Shown here one piece after another: positions 55,043 to 64,000 of a stretch of 64,000 nt of DNA. The position numbers were made by a program, and so were the translations under genes. Below the pieces are notes generated by a model that was given only the letters and a program-made list of their open reading frames with translations, was not told the origin of the DNA and made no database searches. Origin of the DNA: Amoebidium appalachense (taxonomy: Eukaryota > Protista > Ichthyosporea); assembly GCA_963693365.1 (NCBI GenBank), contig CAVNZM010000001.1, positions 6,526,907 to 6,590,906 of the forward strand. The letters are read 5' to 3'. Position 1 is the stretch's first letter, and every line of letters begins with the position of its first letter.

Positions 55043-56228
55043 AAAACAAGAAATTACAAAGAAAAAAAAAAAAGGAGCCCACCAGCCTGCCGATCACACT
55101 ACCAGCCTCCCACCTCACCCCCCCTCCCCCCCCCCCCCCCCCCCTCCCCCCTCTCCCCCCCTCCCCCCCTGCGCGAAAAAGATTAAAAGGCAAAGGACGT
55201 GATGTCCCTTCTTCTTTCGTCGTCTTCTCTGTTTTTCTTGGGAAATGGTGGTGGTGGTGGTTTGGGGGGGGGGGGGGGGGGTGGGGGGGTGGCAACCCAT
55301 GGCTTAGCATAAAACCCATGGCTTAGCATAATAAACCAGTAGTATTTTCCTCATGTAGAAGCTGGAAGCTCAAAAGGGGCAGCGGGAGGACCCCTTCTCC
55401 TTGACCACACCACATATTGCCCCTCCCCCCCCCCCCCTCCCCCCCCCTTCCCCCCCAACAACAACTCCCCCACCCCCAGCTAACCCCAGACTTCCCGTTC
55501 CCAGGATGCTGAGGCTTTGAATGCCTGCATGGATGCACCTCACATTCGGTAAGAAAAACCCCCACACCACAGACCACCCCCACCTCTATACCCGGTCCCC
55601 GACCCCATTCGCTCTGTTGCATCCCCCCCCCCCCCCCCTCCACCTTTGGGCCATGGCTTACCGACGGGCAACGATATGAAACTTAACACCGCATACGTAA
55701 CTGATCCCCCCCTCCCCCCCTCTCGGCTTTTTTTGCACAATTTCCTTGTATGGGTGTTCCGTTAAAACCGGGTTCGATCTAGACCAATAGTAATAGTCGA
55801 TTGCTTAGCTTTTTTCTTTATATTCTAAGTGATTATCTCGCAACATTTTAGTTTTTATATGCACAGGCGGCACTAACACCGTGTTGCCACATTCCAGATA
55901 TGACAGCGCGATAATAGAGCACACAAAGAGCGAGGAGGGAGGATTAAGCATGGGTACCTTTAAGGACACCCAACCCTCCAAGATTCTACTTGCCATAAAT
56001 GGGTTGACCTATAGGAATCCTGGATCTAACGAGCCTCTGGTTAAAGGTATTATCCCCCCCCCCTCTCCCCCTCTCACCCGGCCCCCTCCCGGTGCGCTTC
56101 TCCTTTTCTACGTCGGCTTTCTTCTGCTTGTTTTGACTTGGAGGACACACGTGGTGTAGTGTACATGCAGGGGTATGGTCACACCAAGATACAGGAAACA
56201 CGTGTGCGTGTGTGCGCGCGCACGCACG

Positions 56229-56267
<39 letters not shown>

Positions 56268-56515
56268 TAACTATACACACGCGCACACATACACACATAC
56301 TCATGCACCCACGGCACGCACGCACGCACGTACACACACGCCCTACTCGTCTTTGTCATGACATGTTGACTTGTTTAGTGCCATTGACACAAGGCAAGGG
56401 TTGTGTACCCTGCTCCAGAGGTTATCAAAGTGAAACCTATTATGTGGTGCAGCGTAGCAAGCCCCGTAACGACAGAAATGTGTTCGCCTTTTTTGTGTCA
56501 CAGGATGGGGGGAAA

Positions 56516-56550
<35 letters not shown>

Positions 56551-56825
56551 GATTCTCCTTTTGTGTCTGTGATGCTGTAAACGGTTACCATCAAAATGTT
56601 TGTGTTGCCAGTTGGTGTTGCTCATTCTACGTATCCCTTCACTTTCCTCCTTAAACTGGTCCGTCTTAACGTGTGTGTGTGTGTGCGCGGGTGTGCGCAT
56701 GTGTGTGTGCGCGGGTGTGCGCATGTGTGTGTGCATGGGGTGCTCTAACCGTTGGGTACATCTGATATAGGAGCATTGAAATCATAGTTGAGTTTCTGAC
56801 CACAGCCCATGCCCCCACGCGCGCG

Positions 56826-56858
<33 letters not shown>

Positions 56859-57287
56859 GCACGCACGCACGCACGCGCGCACGCACGCACACACACACAC
56901 ACACACAGACCTCACCATGGCTGTGACTAATGGCCGGTCTGTTCTCATCACTGGCCCAAGTGGTAAACATCCCCCTCCCCATCCCCCTCCTCCACTCCCC
57001 CTCTCCCTGCCCCCCCCCCCCCCTCTTCCGGTCTTCCCCTATTTCTATTTTTCCACAAATATCAACCGCCCTCTGTACAGGAGACAGATCTCTCCCCCCC
57101 TCTCCCCCTCTCTTTCTCGGAAAATAAAGGGCACGAAGGAAAAGGAAGGGAAAAGTTATGCTCGAGTTACCACTTGGTTGCATGTGTTCTTGTTCGGTTG
57201 GCATCCATAAATGTTTCCATACCCGATCTCTCCGTCAGACGCCACCAATCTGTGTGTTGACATAACAAAGAATCATCCCCCTAGTCC

Positions 57288-57323
<36 letters not shown>

Positions 57324-57610
57324 ACACGCACACACGTGCACGTGGTAGCGAGAAGAAAATTGACAATCTACCACTCTGCCAAATATGGCTATGAATAACC
57401 GTACAAAATTTATGCGGTTCTTTGTTTTGATTGGCGCACACATACACACACGCACACATAAACACAATCCTAAGCTTTCACGAAACGACATAGAATGTGA
57501 TCCAGGCGATCGATTTTGACTTTTGCCCACTTCTTCCACATCCAATCAGGTTGTGGCAAGACATCTCTCCTGCGTGTGATTGGTGGACTCTGGGTTCCCG
57601 ACGATGGTCC

Positions 57611-57647
<37 letters not shown>

Positions 57648-58276
57648 AGAAAAAAAAAAAATTTGCCGGCCATCTTTATTCTTGATACTGTTCTAATCTA
57701 ACCTGTTACCCACCTCTGCCCCTGGAAATGCACCAATCAAATCTCACCACCACCACACGTGCACATCCACGACTTTTTCGCCTTTGCAGCCTCGTGCCCT
57801 ACTCTCCCGCCTTTCCTGTCCCACACCCACGCTTTACTTTCCTGTTTCGTTTTTGCCGGCTTTTTGTCAGTTTAAGTATCCGTTCTGCAACCTTGTCAGG
57901 AGACGGGCATAGGGTGGGGGAGATGACGAGCACCACAACTTCCAAAGGAAATCTGGAAACGGAATAAAATGAAAGGGAAAGGGGGAGAGGGGGGGGAATG
58001 TGGGGTTGAGGGCTGGGGAGAAGGGAGGGGGGGAGGGAGGAGTGAACAGATGGATAAAGAAAAAAAGGGTCACACGGTATATCTCCGCGTATCCATTCGA
58101 CATTTGACCGTGTCAAGCCCCGCCCGCACTCTCCTTTCTCACGTGACCTTTATCCAATCAGGTGTGGTCACTCTCCAGCAGCCATGCCCCCTCTTTGTTC
58201 TTCCTCAGAGGCCCTTCCTAGCAAGTGGCTCCCTCAAGAGCCTCATGGCATACCCCGAGACAGATTTGTTCCGTAC

Positions 58277-58316
<40 letters not shown>

Positions 58317-58963
58317 CCTCTCACACAGACACACACACACACACCACACGTGAAATGGAGAGAGGGAGAGAGGAGAGAGAGAGGGGGGGGGGGGGGGGGG
58401 GGGGGGGGGAGAGAGAGGAGAGAGAGAGAGAGAGAGAGAGAGACGCATGGGGCAAGACGTGAAAGAAGCATGGTGTAGGTCAAAACGTATTGAATATATT
58501 TAGTCACACGTGTGTAGAACGGGCCGTACTGGAATCAAACAAACAGAAAGCCGAGGGAATGGAAGCAGATGTATGTAGGGGAACTGGTGTGAGCAAATTA
58601 AGCACAGGAAATAGTTTGTACGCTGTTGAATATTGGTTGCTTACTCCCTCCTCCCCTCCCCCCCCCTTCCCCCCCCCCACACACACACACATTCGCCGCC
58701 TCCTCGCCACGGGCCCCCCCTCCCCCCTCCCCCTTTCCCCTTCCCCCCGGGACTTTCTCCCCTCCATGACCTTTTTCTTGCTTCCCTTCATCTTAGATCT
58801 GTTGCATTAATGTTTGCTGGGACATTTTACATGCACACACTCACACACAGAAAGACTTACATAAACCTTCATTCATCCTCGTACTTAGGCATACAATCAC
58901 TCGATCACTCACCCACTCACCTGCCCGCTCAAATACATGCGGATTTACTCTTACGCAAGGCAA

Positions 58964-59015
<52 letters not shown>

Positions 59016-59163
59016 CACACACGAAAACGCACGCACACACACACAGGTGTTTCTGACGAGCAGGTTTTCTCTGCCCTAAAAGTGGCACAGATGGATGGTG
59101 TCATTGAGAGAATTGGAGGTAAGTCCCACCCGTCACGGTGGTTCGTGGTTGCTTGGCATTCTG

Positions 59164-59247
<84 letters not shown>

Positions 59248-60562
59248 CTCTCTCTCTCTCTTGAACGTGTGAGTGCGCTGTTCTTTTTTGGCAAATGTCT
59301 AACGTTGTCCGTCGATATCATAAGGTGGGGCTCGATTTGTTACTCTGTAACCACGTTTTAATGCCTCCCTCCCCCCCCCCCCCCCCCCCCCCCCCCCTCC
59401 CCTCCAAACAACAACAGAAAAAGAAAAGAAAAAACCCAACAAAAAAGTTTACCACAACCACAATCTACCACCCACCATGACCACCTGCATCAAAATCCAA
59501 TCACCATACTTGCTTAATCATGATTTTGAAAGTTAACGTACCAATGTGCATGCAGGCATAGACGTGCCCCACGACAACTGGTACGAAATGCTGTCACCCG
59601 GCGAGATGCAGCGGGTGTCCTTTGCCCGTCTCTTCTTCCACAAACCCACACTGGCCGGTAAAATACCCCCCCCCCCCCCTCCCCCCGGGGCACACACACA
59701 CAACCCGCCCTCCTCCCGACTCCCCCCTCCTCCTTTCCCTCCCTGTCTCACTCCAACCCCCCCCCCCCTTCCCCCGGGGCCCTTCTACCTGTTCTCTGCC
59801 TACCCTTTGGTCGTTTCACTTGTGGCTGGGTTTCACCCTTCCCTTTTCTTTCTCACCTCGATGCTGTCTTGTCACTTTTTGATGTATCTCGCCCACTCAG
59901 CTGTGTCTTTCCCTTGCCGATCATTTGGTTTCAATTCGTCTGTCGGTGTTTTTCTTTTTGGGTCCTTTTATTCTCTCTCTCCTCTCGCTCTCTCTCTCTT
60001 TTTTAACCCCCCCTCATCTCCGTCCCCCCTCCCCCTCCCCACCATCACCTCCACCACCACCACCACCACCACCTTCTCCCTCTCACACCCCCCCTCCCTT
60101 TGCCCTCTCCCTCTGTTTGGGTGTGTATGGGGTGTGGGTTTGTTTGTTTTTTTTGTTTTTGTTTTTTTTGGTGTGTGTGTGTGTGTGTGCGTGTGTGCGT
60201 GTGTGTGTGTGTGTGTGTGCGTGTGTGTGGAGGGGGGGGGGGGGGGGGGGTGCATTTGCTGGTACCATATAAAAGAGTGCTCACCATTTGCAACACCCAT
60301 GCAAACCACATGCCGATGTGTCCAAAACACATACACCCAAAATCCGAAAGATACTAAATCATTCATATGATTGGCCACAATACTCCTGATTCTTATTGGT
60401 CAGGGCTGGATGAAGCCACGAGCTCATTGGACGAGAGCACTGAAGAGGACATGTACAATGAGTGCCTGCGCCTGGGCATAGTGTGTGTGAGTGTGGGCCA
60501 CAGGTCTACCCTCAGAAAGGTGTGTCTTGCACCTCCGCCCACCTCTCCTCCTCCCCCCCCCC

Positions 60563-60599
<37 letters not shown>

Positions 60600-61050
60600 C
60601 TCCCCGCCTCCAACCCCGTGCATTACAAACACAAGTATGCAAACCAAACGTGACCTTTTTTTAATGATGTGTGTGTGGGTTTAGGAGAGGAGTGGGGAGG
60701 AGGGGGAGGGGGAGGGGGGGGGGGGGGGGGGGACATGGATATGATCACCCCTTCCTAGCACATGTGTGTCTACAGTGGAACTGAGCACCAGGTGTTGGTG
60801 GTGGTAATGACCGACATCTCAAAGACTCGTTTACATGTGGATTGCTGACTGTTCCCCTTCTGTTGCTCCCACACATTACTATGTACGCTGGGATGACTTA
60901 CACAGGCACACATATACACATTCGCATTGACATTCATATGGTCCTGTACACATGCACACATACACACACGCATACACACACACCAAAATGCTTGCTCACT
61001 CACTCACTCGCTTGCATCCATACACACATACGCTCCCTCGCTTAATTCCC

Positions 61051-61118
<68 letters not shown>

Positions 61119-61173
61119 CCACAAGTCGTTTCTTCATTTGGAGGGGAATGGAGGCTACCGGTGGCTGGAGTAA
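46292..61173 (+). CDS. ABCD4: ABC transporter subfamily D member 4 (lysosomal cobalamin exporter-like half transporter), ~18 exons
   Basis: Exons ~46292-46461 (apparent 1-nt frameshift), 48084-48146, 49084-49161, 49754-49893, 50498-50586, 51969-52122, 52993-53138, 53761-53882, 54659-54769, 55505-55548 (less certain), 55898-56046, 56909-56962, 57550-57606, 58162-58272, 59047-59118, 59556-59657, 60404-60519, 61117-61173. Motifs [52 protein letters not shown], Walker A GPSGCGKT, signature [22 protein letters not shown]. Confidence 0.92.
46516..46995 (+). mobile_element. Copy of the poly-C-associated retroelement (480 bp) inserted in the poly-C tract of ABCD4 intron 1
   Basis: Nearly identical to the reverse complement of 33622-34100; a C run lies immediately on both sides. 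Confidence 0.9.
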
Positions 61174-61226
61174 TCAAGGCCACGTCAGAAACGACTATTT
61201 CCCTTTTGTCCTTCTTTTTTTGGGTG

Positions 61227-61257
<31 letters not shown>

Positions 61258-61433
61258 AGGTGGGGGGGGGGGGGGGGGAGGGGGGGGGGGGGTAATGCAT
61301 GGTTTGCTTCAGAGTCGTGTGACTTGTTTTTGATTGATAAATATTTAATGGATCTAGAACACAAGACAGAAATGTCATAAAAGATCCTTCCTTCCCCCCC
61401 CCCCCCCCCCTCTCCCCCCCGGGCACTCACGCG

Positions 61434-61539
<106 letters not shown>

Positions 61540-63060
61540 TACTCGCACATTCCGCCGCACAGGCACACTGGCCAACTCTACCCCCCCCCCCCCCCCCCCC
61601 CCCGTTGGGGTCCTTTCATACGAACATGCAGAACCGAAATCGATAGGAGAAAATGAGCCGGAAAAAATCTATGGTGCATTTTTTTTTTTTTGAAACTTGT
61701 GCTTTTGTGCCGGAGGGTTTTCTTTGTAGCCGATATGCTGAGTGTTTCCCTGTTTAACTTGACTCGGGTCTGGAGTGTAATGGGTTTGCTGCCCTTTTGG
61801 TACACCCGTTAGTTTCAACACGCATTACTGTTAGCATGGAGCATTAAATTGTTGGAATGAGTTTGAAGTAATGTAAAGTCAGGTCTAAGACGACGGCAAT
61901 TGTTTGGTTTCCTGCTATCCTTTTGATGGATGTATCGCCTTTTTGTAGAAGGTGCTTTGCCAATGTTTTATGTTTTGCCGGCAGTTCGACGACATGTTCA
62001 TTGTCGTACCGAAAATGTTTGTTTTGATGCCGTGATTTTACTTGTTTACATTTTTAATGTGTGCTATGTGATTGGCTGTTAAAGGTATGTTTATTTTGTT
62101 TATTGCACATGCGCAGAGCGGAAGATACAGGCACTGCACATGAATGGAAATGTATAGTGTTGTCATAGGTGCATAGCATGTAGACCAACCCAAGGGCCTA
62201 AAAGCGCAAAGTGTACATGTGCGATAGATTGCTGATGAAGTAGAATCCGTCGTGTTTGGTATTATAGAAAGGCTGCAAGGCCTGTGGACTGTATTTTAAG
62301 TCCTGCAACCTATGCATATAGCACTGGATGTACACGTGTACGTGACTTTGTGTGTACATGGACAGTCAAGATCACTCAGTCTGTGTGCATATGCATTTAA
62401 GGATGTTGGTTTGGGCATGTGTGTGTGCGTGCATTTATAACTGAGTACGTATGTATGCTATTGTACGTGTGTGTTTGTCTAGCTATGTGGTATAATCGTG
62501 TGTGCGCAAGCACGGGCGCTCGAGAGTGCCAGTGTGCCCTGTGTGAGTGTGTGTACATGTGTGTGTGTGTGCGTGCGTGTGCGTGTGTGTATGTGTGAGT
62601 GTGTGTGTGTGTGTGATGTGTGTGTGTGTGTGCGTGTGCGTGTGTGTATGTGTGTGTGACGTGTGTGTGTGTGCGTGTGCGTGTGCGTGCATGTGCATAT
62701 GCATGGGTATACAATGTGCACCGGAGCTGTGTACCGGTCCTGCAGCTGCAGACTGAGTACGTATACCATGATTGTGTCACGTTGCTTCATTTCAACGTGA
62801 CCATATACACCGGTTGGGCTGTTTTTTTCCCCAAAAAAAAACTTTCTTCAGCCGTTTGACGGTCGGAGATAATCTTCATTTTTTTTACATGCACTCGGCG
62901 ACTATGAATTCGAAACATGTACATGCCGATAGGTAGCATGCAACACGTGTGTTTATTCCCCCCACTCCCCTCCTTTCAAATGGTAGCACCACAAGTATTT
63001 GTTCACCGATCCCCGTCCTCCCCCCCTCCCCGCCCCTGCCCCCCCAAATCACATTTGCCA

Positions 63061-63113
<53 letters not shown>

Positions 63114-63546
63114 GGGAGGGGGGAGGTTTGCCTGCAACACTTCAACGGTGTGCAGTCGAGTCGACGTCAGGTCCGTGACTTCAACAACGCTTTATACGTG
63201 ACTTCAACACGCTTTATAAACTGATTAGACGGCCGGGGTAGCTCCCATTAGGTTTGTGCCTAGGGGGTTATGTACACTTTGTCGTCAAATCGTATACAGT
63301 AATCATTATGAACGAAGGAATTATCATCACAAAAAGTTATACGAAATTTCTTTCCACTTAATACATAAACTTTACAGCAATGGCCTACTGGCAGGAATCG
63401 CTCTTTTTCTGGTTTCTTTGGAGCTCAAGCAAGCTATCCTGACGACATGCCAAGTACGAGACTTGTCAATGAGATATGACATAATGCTAGGATGGCATTT
63501 TGCATGTATACATGATATTTAATTGAATTCTGGTTCAATATACATA

Positions 63547-63581
63547 ATATTAAATTGAACCATTCTGGTTCAATTTAATAT
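63547..63581. repeat. Perfect 16-bp inverted repeat with a 3-nt loop
   Basis: ATATTAAATTGAACCA-TTC-TGGTTCAATTTAATAT, with a partial third copy at ~63516-63540. Confidence 0.85.
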
Positions 63582-63698
63582 CAAGTCCCATAATTACAAT
63601 CCACCCCCCCCCCCCCCCCCCCCCAAACAACACACACACACACATACAAGATTGGGAGGAAGATCGAAGAGAATCTAGACAGGGAGAGAGGGATGTGG

Positions 63699-63736
<38 letters not shown>

Positions 63737-64000
63737 CCCCCCCCCCCCCCCCCCCTTCAGCCCTGTAAATTGCTTTCACTTCATTAACCATAAATCCATC
63801 AAGCACTGCCTACACATATTTCCCAACATCCACCTGATCCGGGTCCAAGAAAACGATATTTGTAGGAACAGGGTTATGACTCGCAACATCACCAAACGAA
63901 CGGTACACCGGACCTTTCCCACGAGGATTCCTCTGAAACGGTAGGCTGGTCGCCTGATATCCCCTCCCAAACATCAAATCGGCAAATGGTTTGTCACCAT

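Noticed and set aside
55359-55548. Longer poly-C-containing ABCD4 exon, or an acceptor at 55867
   Set aside because: It gives an in-frame stop or a phase mismatch; 55505-55548 joined to 55898 keeps the frame.
62700-63960. Possible exons of a further gene at the window end
   Set aside because: I could not join the segments in phase or recognise a product.

Overview
Eukaryotic nuclear DNA with many introns, and the introns are saturated with poly-C/poly-G, (CA)n/(TG)n and (CT)n tracts, so most ORFs in the supplied track are microsatellite artefacts. The animal-like proteins and a TGA=Trp mitochondrial insert suggest a unicellular holozoan such as an ichthyosporean (inference only). Splicing by hand gives five genes: the 3' part of a BIG1/BIG2-type Sec7 ARF-GEF (+), an intronless TDT/SLAC1-family transporter (-), a universal stress protein (-), Rab1 (-) and ABCD4 (+). 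The mobile DNA comprises a PIF/Harbinger MITE, a split-direct-repeat DIRS-type retroelement (RT-RNaseH-methyltransferase, no recombinase), a LINE-like 3' end with a (CA)n tail, and six copies of a poly-C-associated, probably Penelope-like retroelement. The best candidates for new biology are: (1) a 1.9-kb TIR-bounded element whose cargo is scrambled mitochondrial nad2; (2) a covarying structured RNA module in the poly-C retroelement, with a shared 5' breakpoint (ribozyme candidate); (3) introns with complementary simple repeats at their two ends and (CA)nG acceptors; (4) an intergenic cluster of long hairpins resembling a miRNA polycistron.
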